A program made the translations under genes and the position numbers. A stretch of 64,000 nt of DNA from an uncultured Acidobacteriota bacterium (GTDB taxonomy: Bacteria; Acidobacteriota; Thermoanaerobaculia; Gp7-AA8). Every line of letters begins with the position of its first letter. Position 1 is the first letter of the stretch. Below are positions 19,974 to 29,916 of this stretch, piece by piece. The DNA is taken from the NCBI GenBank assembly GCA_963822445.1, contig CAWGHO010000002.1, forward strand, positions 160,001 to 224,000, in the 5' to 3' direction. The notes beneath the pieces are model-generated. The model made no database searches, was not told where the DNA came from, and worked only from the letters and a program-made list of their open reading frames with translations.

Positions 19974-20799
19974 ACGTTGGCTCCTTGTCATCCCGAGCGG
20001 AGTCGAGGGATTTCACGATCACCCGGTCCGCGAATCGGAGATCCGCGTATTCGATGTCGGGGTTGTTCTCGCTCTGCAGAATCGCGTAGAGGTTGCGGTA
20101 CTTCGCTGAGACGTCGTCGGCGTTCGCGTAAACCACGGCGCCGAGATCGCGGTCGTACAGCGCGAAGCCGCGCGGCGCGATCGGCCAGATCTCGGAGACG
20201 CGCGTGTACAGCTCGCGGTCGTTCGCGCGGAGATGCCGGAGCAGTTTCACCGTGCGCTCGAGCTCCGGTCCGTGCGCGTCGGTGATGATCGGCAGATCGT
20301 CGTTCCCGACACGCGGGGAAAGCTCGGCGAAACCGACGCCGGTCTCGTCGACGTACAGCAGCCGTTCGCCGGCACGAACCAGTGCGACCGGCTTGCGCTC
20401 GGTGATCTTGATCCGCAGCGTGTCCGGCAGTTTTTTCTCGATGTCGATGCTGCTGACCCAGCCCAGATCGCCGAGGTCGCGCTGCACGCGATCGATGTCG
20501 ATCTTGAAGAGATTCAGGCCTTTGTAGCGATTCGTGGCGAGGTCCAGCGCCGCGCGCGGCGTGTGCACGACGCCGTCGACCTGAATCGTCGTCACGGCGA
20601 AGCGCTCATTGGACTGCGTGTGCCGCCACACCCAGATCGCGCCCCCGGCCAACGCGGCTATGACCGCGGTGTTGCGCAGGATGATGAGCATCCGCTGCGC
20701 GGCGACGCGGCGCTGATTGCGACGCAGCCGCGCGACGTCCGTCGGACGGAGAAAACGGGAGGCCATCCCCGCGTGGCTGCTGTCGAAGCTCAGGCTCAT
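19960..20799 (-). CDS. ftsQ: Cell division protein FtsQ/DivIB
   Basis: TM, POTRA (KKLPDTLRIKITERKP), YADLRF; between murC and ftsA. Confidence 0.9.
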   Translation of the reverse strand: MSLSFDSSHAGMASRFLRPTDVARLRRNQRRVAAQRMLIILRNTAVIAALAGGAIWVWRHTQSNERFAVTTIQVDGVVHTPRAALDLATNRYKGLNLFKIDIDRVQRDLGDLGWVSSIDIEKKLPDTLRIKITERKPVALVRAGERLLYVDETGVGFAELSPRVGNDDLPIITDAHGPELERTVKLLRHLRANDRELYTRVSEIWPIAPRGFALYDRDLGAVVYANADDVSAKYRNLYAILQSENNPDIEYADLRFADRVIVKSLDSARDDKEPTYGQN

Positions 20800-22145
20800 G
20801 CCTCACCTCGCACGAGCTGCTCGGCCACTTCATGCACGTCGCCGGCGCCCATCGTGATGAAGATGTCGTTCGGCTCGAGCCGGCGGCGCATCTCGTTCAC
20901 GATCTCGGAATTGCTGCGGTCCAGGAACTCGACCGCGGGCACGAGGTCGGAAATGATCCGCGACGACATGCCGTCGACGTGCTTCTCGCGCGCGGCGTAG
21001 ATCGGCGCGATGATCGGCATGTCCGCGATCGCCAGTGACTCGCCGAACTCCTGCGCGAAGTCGCGCGTGCGCGAATACAGGTGCGGCTGGAACAACGCGA
21101 CCAGGCGGCGCCCGGGATAACCGCGCCGCGCGGCGTCGAGTGTCGCGCGAATCTCGGTGGGATGGTGCGCGTAGTCGTCGACGACGAGCGCGCCGAGGTA
21201 ATCGCCGAGGATCTGGAAGCGGCGGTCGACGCCGAGGAACTTCGCCAGCGCGGATGCGATGACACGCCCGTCGATCCCGAGCTCGCGTCCCACCGCGATC
21301 GCCGCCAGAGCGTTGAGGATGTTGTGCTCGCCGGGGACGAACAGCTTGAAGAAGCCGACGCCCTCGACGTCGAAGGTGATGCCGCCTTCCGCGAAGCCGA
21401 GGTTGGTCGCGCGGACGTCGGCGCCTTCGTCGAGACCGTACGAGATCACCCGCCCCTCGGCATGGCGGAGCAGGCGCGACACGTTCTGGTCGTCGCTGCA
21501 ACCGATCACAACTCCCCCGCGCTTGATCCCGCCCGCGAACAGGCGGAAGGCCTCAAGGATGTTCTCGAAGGTCTGGTAGTACTCGAGATGGTCGGCCTCG
21601 ATGTTCGTGATCACCGCGATCTCGGGATGGAGCTGATGAAAGGTGCGGTCATATTCATCGGCCTCGACGACGAGGTATTCGCCAAGTCCGGTCTTCGCGT
21701 TCGTCTCGAGGTTGCGGACCATGCCGCCGACGAGAATGGTCGGATCGAGGCCGGCTTCTTCAAGGACCATCGAGACCATGGCCGAGGTGGTGGTCTTGCC
21801 GTGCGTTCCGGCCACGCCGATCGACCGCTTGGCATTCACGATCTCGCCGAGCACCTCGGCCCGCTTCATGATCCGGATGCCTTTGCGGCGGGCGGCATCG
21901 ACTTCCTCGTGCTCGCCCTTGATGGCCGAGGTGATGACCACCAGCTCCGCGCCTTCGACGTGAGAAGGGTCGTGGCCGATGAACACTTTCACGCCGCGCT
22001 TCGCGAGCAGGTCGGTGGTCGAGGAGCGTCTGGCATCGCAGCCCGACACGGAGACACCGGAGTGCGAGAGCACCTCCGCGAGGCCACTCATCCCGATTCC
22101 GCCGATGCCGACGAAATGGATGGCTTTAATGTCACCAAAATTCAT
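20796..22145 (-). CDS. murC: UDP-N-acetylmuramate--L-alanine ligase
   Basis: GIGGIGMSG, GTHGKTTT, EADE, DDYAHHPTE. Confidence 0.97.
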   Translation of the reverse strand: MNFGDIKAIHFVGIGGIGMSGLAEVLSHSGVSVSGCDARRSSTTDLLAKRGVKVFIGHDPSHVEGAELVVITSAIKGEHEEVDAARRKGIRIMKRAEVLGEIVNAKRSIGVAGTHGKTTTSAMVSMVLEEAGLDPTILVGGMVRNLETNAKTGLGEYLVVEADEYDRTFHQLHPEIAVITNIEADHLEYYQTFENILEAFRLFAGGIKRGGVVIGCSDDQNVSRLLRHAEGRVISYGLDEGADVRATNLGFAEGGITFDVEGVGFFKLFVPGEHNILNALAAIAVGRELGIDGRVIASALAKFLGVDRRFQILGDYLGALVVDDYAHHPTEIRATLDAARRGYPGRRLVALFQPHLYSRTRDFAQEFGESLAIADMPIIAPIYAAREKHVDGMSSRIISDLVPAVEFLDRSNSEIVNEMRRRLEPNDIFITMGAGDVHEVAEQLVRGEA

Positions 22146-22170
22146 TAGGTTCGTGGCGTCTTAATATGAA

Positions 22171-22199
22171 ATTTTAAGTTGATGGAAGTGGACAAGCAA
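22171..22199 (-). promoter_or_regulatory. Candidate internal sigma-70 promoter for murC
   Basis: TTGCTT-N17-TAAAAT in an AT-rich murG-murC spacer. Confidence 0.55.
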
Positions 22200-23288
22200 T
22201 TAGTTTCTCTGAATCTTCTCGATCAAATCGACGATCTTTTTTGTTGCATCTGGGGTCGCAAGGGTTTTCGAAGCGGCGCCCATGCGCGCCGCTTTCTCCG
22301 GATCGATGACGATCGCGGTGATCGCGGCCGCCAAACGCTCCGGAGTCAGCTCTTTTTCGGTGATGACCACGGCGCCGCCGGCGCGCTCGACGACGCGGGC
22401 GTTGAGCTCCTGATGGTTGTTCGTCGCCGCGGCGAAAGGCACGAGAATCGCCGCGCGTCCGATGGCGGAAAGCTCGCCGACGGTCATCGCGCCGGCGCGT
22501 GAGATGACCACGTCCGCGGCCGCGATCTCATCGACGATCGGATCGAGATATGGAACGACCCGCGCGTCGACAAACGCGGACTCGCGATAAGCCTTCTGCA
22601 CGGTCTCGAGCTCGTTCGGTCCGGTCTGATGAACGATCCGCAACGCATCCCGCAGCCGCGCCAGGAACAGCAACGCGCCGGTCATCGCCTCGTTGAGCGT
22701 TCGTGATCCCTGCGAGCCGCCGAAAACCAGCAGGCGGCCCGGTGAGCTGGGCGTCTTGCAGTCGAAGAACTCCTGACGGATGGGATTGCCGGTGACCACG
22801 CCGTCGCGCCGCTTCATACGGGGCAGCGCATCGCCGAAAGCGACCGCCACCGCGGTCACGAATCGCGCGAGCACCCGGTTGGTAAGTCCGGGGAACGCAT
22901 TGGCCTCGTGGATGAGCGTGGGAATCCGTCGCATGCCGGCAACGACGAGGACCGGCCCGGACGAATAACCGCCGACGCCGAGGACGATGTTGGGGCGATG
23001 GCGGGAGACGATCTGCCAGGCGTGAATGAATCCGATCGGCAGGCGGAAGAGGTTCCTGATCAGATCGAGGCCGCTCTTGCCCTTCAAGCCGCCGACGGAA
23101 ATGAACTCGAGCGGAAAGCCGGCCTTGGGCACGATGGTCTTCTCCAGACCGCGCTCGGTGCCGACGAAGATGACTTTGCGCGAAGCATTGCGCGCGAGGA
23201 ACTCCCGCGCAATGGCGATGGCCGGGTAGATGTGGCCCCCGGTGCCACCACCCGCGATCATCAGAGTCTGCACGCCCTTCACGCCCAT
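22200..23288 (-). CDS. murG: Lipid II GlcNAc transferase MurG
   Basis: GGGTGGHIYP, GGYSSGP, GGSQG, SRAGAMT. Confidence 0.97.
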   Translation of the reverse strand: MGVKGVQTLMIAGGGTGGHIYPAIAIAREFLARNASRKVIFVGTERGLEKTIVPKAGFPLEFISVGGLKGKSGLDLIRNLFRLPIGFIHAWQIVSRHRPNIVLGVGGYSSGPVLVVAGMRRIPTLIHEANAFPGLTNRVLARFVTAVAVAFGDALPRMKRRDGVVTGNPIRQEFFDCKTPSSPGRLLVFGGSQGSRTLNEAMTGALLFLARLRDALRIVHQTGPNELETVQKAYRESAFVDARVVPYLDPIVDEIAAADVVISRAGAMTVGELSAIGRAAILVPFAAATNNHQELNARVVERAGGAVVITEKELTPERLAAAITAIVIDPEKAARMGAASKTLATPDATKKIVDLIEKIQRN

Positions 23289-23295
23289 TCGCCCC

Positions 23296-24390
23296 TCAGC
23301 CTGATTGTTGTGAAAAATTCAGCAGCAAGCCCACCGCGATGAGACTCGCCACGAGCGACGAGCCTCCGTAACTGACGAGCGGCAGCGGCAGGCCTTTCGT
23401 CGGAAGAAGACAAAGCACGACGCTGACGTTGATCAGCGCCTGCACGGCGATCATCAGCGTGCAGCCGAGCGCCGCGTAAAACGCGAATCGATCGCGGCTG
23501 TAACGCGCGATCCGGAAGCCGCGCCACGCCAGCAGCGCAAACGCGCCGACCAGCGCAACCGCGCCGGCGAACCCGAGCTCTTCACCGATGATCGAAAAAA
23601 TGAAGTCGGTGTGCGGCTCAGGAAGGAAGAAGAGCTTCTGCCTGCCGTTGCCGATCCCCAGCCCGCTGAAGCCGCCGGTGCCCAATGCGATGAGCGACTG
23701 CATCGCCTGGAACCCTTTCCCAAGCGGATCCGCCTCGGGATTGAGAAACGACAGCAGCCTGCCGCGCCGATACGCGGCGCTGATCGCAAAGTACGACGCG
23801 ACAGGAAAGAGCGCGATCGCGAAGATGGCCAGATAGCGCCAGGCGACGCCGGCCGCGAAAATCATCCCCGTGGCGACGAGAATCAGGGTCGTGGCCGTTC
23901 CGAAATCGCGGCCAAGGAGAATCAGTCCGGCGTACAACGTGAGAATGCAGCCGAGCGGCAGCAGGGTCGTGGTCAGATCGTTGATGCGCTCCTCGCGACG
24001 CGACAGGAAATACGCGAGGAACACGACCATGGCCGGCTTGGCGAACTCGGACGGCTGCAGCTGGAACCAGGGCAACTGCACCCAGCGGTGCGTGCCGTTG
24101 ATCGGCGACTGAAACAGGGCGATGACCAGCCCCAGCGCCACCGCCGCCATCGCGCCGTACACCAGCCGCTTGTGGCGGAGCAGCGACGGATCGAGGTGCA
24201 TCAGCACGACCATGACCGTCGCGCCGGCGAAGAGCCAGATGCACTGCCGCATCATGAAGTGATACGGCGCGGTCTCGAAGCGCTGCGTGGCCATGATCGC
24301 CGACGCGCTGTAGATCATGACCAGACCGATGACCACGATCAGCATGGCCGTGCCGAAGAGCCAGGTGTCGTAGGAGAGTTTGCGGCTCAT
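23296..24390 (-). CDS. ftsW: Peptidoglycan polymerase FtsW
   Basis: QPSEFAK, LPEPHTDFIF, PTKGLPLPLVSYGGSS. Confidence 0.96.
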   Translation of the reverse strand: MSRKLSYDTWLFGTAMLIVVIGLVMIYSASAIMATQRFETAPYHFMMRQCIWLFAGATVMVVLMHLDPSLLRHKRLVYGAMAAVALGLVIALFQSPINGTHRWVQLPWFQLQPSEFAKPAMVVFLAYFLSRREERINDLTTTLLPLGCILTLYAGLILLGRDFGTATTLILVATGMIFAAGVAWRYLAIFAIALFPVASYFAISAAYRRGRLLSFLNPEADPLGKGFQAMQSLIALGTGGFSGLGIGNGRQKLFFLPEPHTDFIFSIIGEELGFAGAVALVGAFALLAWRGFRIARYSRDRFAFYAALGCTLMIAVQALINVSVVLCLLPTKGLPLPLVSYGGSSLVASLIAVGLLLNFSQQSG

Positions 24391-25701
24391 AGCGCCCTCA
24401 CCAGCTCTTCGAAGTGCTCGCCGCGATGCTCGAAGTTTCTGTACTGGTCGAAGCTCGCGCAGGCCGGGGACAGCAGCACGGTCTCGCCGTTCTTCGCGTT
24501 CTCCCGCGCCCACTTCACCGCGCCGTCCATGTCTTTCGCGGCCACGATCTCGGTCGCTCCATCGAGCGCTTCGCCGATGCGATCCGCGGCTTTGCCGATG
24601 GTGAGTACGGCGCGCGCTTTCGACTGCACGAGGTCGCGCATCCGCTCGAATTCGCCGGCCTTGTCCTTGCCGCCTAGAATCAGGATCACGCTCGACTCGT
24701 CGAAGCCTTCCAGCGACTTGAGCGTCGCGTCGACGTTCGTGCCTTTGGAGTCGTTGATCCAGCGGACGCCATCGAGCTCGCGGACGAGAACCATCCGATG
24801 CGGCAGACCGGCGAATGTGCCGAAGGCGATCTGCACGTCCACGTCATCGACACCTACCGCCCGAGCCGCGAGCCAGGCCGCGAGCGCGTTTTCGACGTTC
24901 GCGTTGCCTTGCAGCTTCAGCGAGGACCGCGGGATGCGCCGTTCGTCGCCGCCGAGGCTCATCACCATTTCGTCGCCGTCGAGCCACGCGCCCTCTTCGA
25001 CCTTCTGCGTTGCCGAGAAACGAAGGACACGCGCAGTGGTCTCGCGCGGCGCCGCGCGGCGCTCCACGCCGTTCACGATGGCCGTGTCGCTCGAGACTTG
25101 ATTGCGGAAGATCCGGTACTTCGCTCGCCGCGTAATCGTCGAGCGAGCCGTAGCGATCCATGTGATCGGGGGTGATGTTCAGCAGCAAGGCGACGTTCGC
25201 GTGGAAGGTGTCGACCGATTCGAGTTGAAACGACGAAAGCTCGAGGACGTACGTCCGCGGCTTGTCGAAGTCGACCGCGGAGATCAGCGGCTCGCCGATG
25301 TTGCCGGCCACGATGGGCTGGCGTCCGGCCACTTTGAGAATCTCGCCGATCAGCGCGGTCGTCGTCGACTTGCCGTTCGAGCCGGTGATGGCGATGACGG
25401 TGCCGGTCAGCTGCGTGTAGGCGAGCTCGATCTCCCCGAGCACGGGAATGCCTTTCAGCGCCGCGCCGACGATCAGCGGATTGGTGCGCGGCACGCCGGG
25501 GCTGAGCACGAGCGTGGTCACGCCTTCAAGCAACTCGTTGTCCTCGCGGCCGAAAGCCTTTTCCACGCGCGGATCGAGCTCGTACGGCAGCGACGGATTC
25601 GCGCTGGAGTCCACGAGCACGACGGAGTCCTCGCGCGACGCGAGAAAGTTCGCCGAGGCTACGCCGGACTTGCCGGCACCGAGGACCAGGGCGCGGCTCA
25701 T
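24387..25701 (-). CDS. murD: MurD ligase; one probable sequencing frameshift near 25125
   Basis: TGSNGKSTTT, ELSSFQL, DHMDRY, NDSKGTN, LSPACASFDQY. Confidence 0.93.
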
Positions 25702-26795
25702 CGCAATTTCAGCGTCGCCAGCGCGACCATCGCGAACATGATCGCGATGATCCAGAAGCGCACGACGACCTTGGTCTCCTTCCACCCCGACAGCTCGAAG
25801 TGGTGATGCAGCGGCGACATCTTGAAAATGCGCCGGCCGGTGATCTTGAACGAGGCCACCTGCAGAATGACCGACAGGGCCTCGAGCACGAACAGCCCGC
25901 CGACGAGGACGAGCAGGATCTCCTGCTTGATCATCACGGCCAGGCAGCCGATCGCGCCGCCGAGGGCAAGCGATCCGACGTCACCCATGAAAATCTCTGC
26001 CGGATGGGCGTTGAACCAGAGGAACCCCAGCGACGCGCCGACCATCGCTCCGCAGAACACGGCCAGCTCACCGGTTTGCGGCACCCAGGCGATGCGCAGA
26101 TATTCGGCGATTTTCGCGTGACCCGCGGCGTACGTCAGAACCGTGTAGGTGACCGCGGCGACGAGAGTGGTGCCGATGGCCAGACCGTCCAGGCCATCAG
26201 TCAGATTCACCGCGTTCGACGCGCCGACGAGGATGATCATCACGAAGGCGATGTAGACCACGCCGATGTCGAGCGCGAACGTTTCCGTCTTCAGAAACGG
26301 CAACGTGATGACGGTGTAGTAGTTGTTCTTGAGCGTCGGCAGATAAGCGATGGCCAGCGCCACCAGCAGCGCGACGGCGAACTGCGCGCCGAATTTTTCC
26401 TTCGCGGTGAGGCCGAGGTTCCGCTTCTTGACGAGCTTGCGGTAGTCGTCGACGAAGCCGATCGCGCCGTACGCGAACGTCACGAAGAGCACGATCCAGA
26501 TGTACGGATTCTTGATGTCCGCCCAGAGAATCGTCGGGACGAGGATGGCGATGTTGATGAGGATGCCGCCCATCGTCGGCGTGCCGGCCTTGACCTGGTG
26601 CGACTTCGGACCTTCCTCGCGGATGAACTGGCCTGCTTTGATGCGGCGCATCCGTTCGATCAGCCAGGGGCCGAGGATGAACGAGATCATCAGGGCCGTC
26701 AGCGCCGCGAACGCCGTGCGGAAGGTGATGTAGCGGAAGACGTTGAAGCCGACGAACTCGTCCCGGAGGTATTTGTAGAGGAGGTGGTAAAGCAC
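25698..26795 (-). CDS. mraY: Phospho-N-acetylmuramoyl-pentapeptide transferase
   Basis: KAGTPTMGG, NAVNLTDGLDGLA, FMGDVGS, PLHHHFE. Confidence 0.98.
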   Translation of the reverse strand: MLYHLLYKYLRDEFVGFNVFRYITFRTAFAALTALMISFILGPWLIERMRRIKAGQFIREEGPKSHQVKAGTPTMGGILINIAILVPTILWADIKNPYIWIVLFVTFAYGAIGFVDDYRKLVKKRNLGLTAKEKFGAQFAVALLVALAIAYLPTLKNNYYTVITLPFLKTETFALDIGVVYIAFVMIILVGASNAVNLTDGLDGLAIGTTLVAAVTYTVLTYAAGHAKIAEYLRIAWVPQTGELAVFCGAMVGASLGFLWFNAHPAEIFMGDVGSLALGGAIGCLAVMIKQEILLVLVGGLFVLEALSVILQVASFKITGRRIFKMSPLHHHFELSGWKETKVVVRFWIIAIMFAMVALATLKLR

Positions 26796-28164
26796 TCAGT
26801 CCTCCCTCTGCAGCACGGCGATGGCGCGATCGAGCCCCACCCCGCGCGAGCCTTTGATCAGCACCAGGTCTCCCGGCCGCACGAATGCCCGCAGGAACGC
26901 TCCCGCCGACTCAGCATCCGTGAAATGCCGCAAATGCGCTTCTTCGAATCCCGTTTCCCGCGCGCCTTGCAGTAACGCCTGCGCGCGTGTGCCGACGCCT
27001 ACGACGACGTCGATCGACCCGGGGATGGCCGCACCGGCGTCGCGATGGAACTGCATCTCCGCCTCCCCCAACTCGAGCATGTCCCCGATCACGGCGATGC
27101 GCCGTCCGGCGACGTCGGCCTGGGTCATGAGCTCGAGCGCGCGGCCGAGCGCGTAGGGATTGGAGTTGTAGGTGTCGTCGTAAATCGTCGCGCCGCGCCA
27201 GTCGAGGATCACGCCGCGGTGATAGGCAGGCTTCACGTCGCGCACGCCGCGCTCGATGCCTTCCCAGGAGATGCCTACCGTTCGCGCGGTGGCGATCGCC
27301 GCGAGGAGATTTTCCAGGTTGTGCCGTCCCGGCAGCACGAGCTCGAATTCCCGCTCGTTCGCTTCTGCAATCAGTGTGAAGTGCGTGCCGAGCAGGCCGC
27401 GCTCGCGGATGTTCGATGGCCCGGTACTGCGCGGTCGCGTCGTCGATGCCGTACGTCACGATCGTCCCTTCGAATCCCGCGCTGATCCGGACGACGTGCT
27501 CGTTGTCGTTGTTGATCACGATCGAGCCGCCGGGGGCCACGTTTTCGAGCAGCTCGCGCTTGGCCGCGGCGATTCCTTCGATCGTGCCGAAGAACTCGAT
27601 GTGGACCGGGGCGATGTTCGTGTAGACGCCGATGTGCGGTCGCATCAGGCCCGCGATCTCGGCGATCTCCCCGGCATGGTTCATCCCCATCTCGCTGACC
27701 ACGACCTCCGCGTCATCGGGCATGTTGTCGAGGCAGAGCGGCGCGCCGATCTGGTTGTTGAAGTTGCCCCAGGATTTGTGCACGCGCCGCTCGGTGGAGA
27801 TCAGCGCGGCGATCATTTCCTTGGTCGTGGTCTTGCCGGCCGAGCCGGTGATGCCGACCAACGTCACGTCGTAGCGATCGCGGATCGCTTTCGCGAGTTG
27901 TTGCAGCGCTTTGTTGGGGTCGTCGACCTGGACGATCGCTTTGCCGGTCTGCGGAACGTCTCTGACGACTGCGCCGCGCGCGGTCTCCAGCGCCTGCGGA
28001 AGGAACTGATGTCCGTCGAGGCGCTCGCCTTTGATGGCGAAGAAGACCGAGTCGGGCTTGACCTCGCGGGAGTCGATGACGACGGAGGAGGATTCGACTT
28101 CGCCGCCTTGGATGACGCGGCCGCCGATCATGGCGGCCAGCTGGGAGAAGGTCAGCCGAGGCAT
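26796..28164 (-). CDS. murF: MurF ligase; one probable sequencing frameshift near 27415
   Basis: TGSAGKTTTKE, EMGMNH.GEI, DDTYNSNP, GDMLELG, KGSRG. Confidence 0.93.
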
Positions 28165-28179
28165 GGGCGTTCCCCGCTG

Positions 28180-28281
28180 GCCGAATGCAAAATGCAGAAT
28201 GCAGAATGCAGAAAGAGTGAATCAGAGTGCGAATGCGAATGCCTTTTTTCTGCATTCTGCATTCTGCATTCTGCATTCGGC
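28180..28281. repeat. Tandem-heptamer inverted-repeat hairpin (AATGCAG x4, CTGCATT x4)
   Basis: Directly visible in the murE-murF spacer. Confidence 0.92.
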
Positions 28282-28285
28282 ACCG

Positions 28286-28410
28286 CAGGTGCCGTGATCC
28301 GGCTCCGCCGCGTTTCGTCGCCCGTGCGTCCCCTTCCCCAGAGAACTGCCGGCGCACCCGACCGCCCACCCTCGCCGAAACCGACCGACGGAGCCGGAAC
28401 GCGGCACCTG
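28286..28410. repeat. Imperfect inverted repeat of about 25 bp enclosing a C-rich spacer (MITE-like)
   Basis: caggtgccgtgatccggctccgccg ... cgacggagccggaacgcggcacctg. Confidence 0.7.
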
Positions 28411-28450
28411 ATCGAACGGTAGAAATAGTAAGCTAAATTCATAGTCAATA

Positions 28451-29916
28451 TCAAGCTGATTTTTCGTATTGCTTTTTCAGAGCGATTTCCGCTTCCTCGC
28501 GGTCGTCGAAATGAATGACCTCGTCGCCGACCACCTGGTAGGTCTCGTGACCCTTCCCGGCGATGACGATGACCGCGTCCTGCGGTGCTGTATGAATGGC
28601 TCTCTCGATGGCTTCGCGCCGGTTCGGGATCTGCTGCACCGGCGCGGTCACGCCGCCGACGATCTCCTTGATGATCGCCTCCGGTTTTTCGCCGCGGGGG
28701 TTGTCGCTGGTGACGATCACCGTGTCGGCGAGCCGCGAGGCGATCTCCCCCATCTGCGGACGCTTGCCGCGGTCGCGATCGCCGCCGCAGCCGAAGACGA
28801 CCCAGACCTGCCGCTGGCCGGCGATCTCGCGAACCGCGTGCAGCAGCTTCTCGAGCGCGTCGGGTTTGTGGGCGTAGTCGACGATGACCGTCGGGCCCTT
28901 CGCCGATGCCACGCGCTCGAACCGGCCGCGCACGGATTTCAGGTTGCGGATGCCCGCTTCGATCGTGTCGATGGGCATGCCCACGACCAGCGCCGCGCCG
29001 ATCGCGCCGAGCCAGTTGTAGAGGTTCGGGAGGCCGAGGAGGTTGGAGTCGACGTTGATGTTGCCGTGCGGGGTGATGACCGTGCCGCGCAGGCCTTCGA
29101 CGCTGATCGTGAATCCATCGGCGGGACGGATGTCTGCTTCCGCCGTGCGGCCGAAGGTCAGCGCGTTCGCGCCGAGCTCGTTCGCCAGACGGCGGCCGTA
29201 CTCATCGTCGATGTTGACCACCGCGGTCTGCTTCGTCCGGTCGATCTGATCGAAGAGGATCCGTTTGGCGGCGAAGTAGTCCTCGAAGTCTTTGTGAAAG
29301 TCGAAATGCTCGCGGGAGAGATTGGTGAAGACCGCCGCCGCGAAGTTCACGCCGTGCGTGCGCTTGAGCGCGAGCGCGTGCGAGGACACTTCCATGACCG
29401 CGTTGCTTCACGCCGGCGGCGACCATCTTCGCGAACCACTCCTGCAGCACGACCGCGTCCGGAGTGGTGCGATCGGCGGTGAGGATGCTCGTCGCCGGCG
29501 CGGTATTCGATGGTGCCGATCAGGCCGACGGGCTCACCACTCGCATCGAAAACGGACTCGATCATCCGCGTCGTCGTCGTTTTCCCGGACGTGCCGGTCA
29601 CACCGACGAGCGAGAGCTTGTCCGCGGGACGGCCGTAGAAGTTGGCGGCGATGAGCGAGAGGGCGGCGCGCGCGTCATCGACGAAGGCAGTGGGCAGTGG
29701 GCAGTGGGCAGTGGGCAGGGAGACGATCGCTGAAGCGCCTTTTTCCACCGCCTGGGGGATGAACTCCGCGCCGTCCTTCGCGGTGCCGGGAATGGCCACG
29801 AACAACGCGCCGGGCTTGACCAGACGCGAGTCGGGCGTCACCGACGTGATGTCGAGGTCGAGGTCGCCGCTCGTGGAGCGCACCGGTACGTCGCGGAGGA
29901 GGTCGCGCAGGTTCAT
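28451..29916 (-). CDS. murE: MurE ligase (meso-DAP type); about 2 probable sequencing frameshifts
   Basis: TGTSGKTTT, MEVSSHAL, DYAHKPD, GCGGDRD, DNPR, AGKGHE. Confidence 0.93.
29686..29718. repeat. Heptamer tandem (GGCAGTG x4 plus a partial unit) inside murE
   Basis: Translated as LPTAHCPLPTA. Confidence 0.85.
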
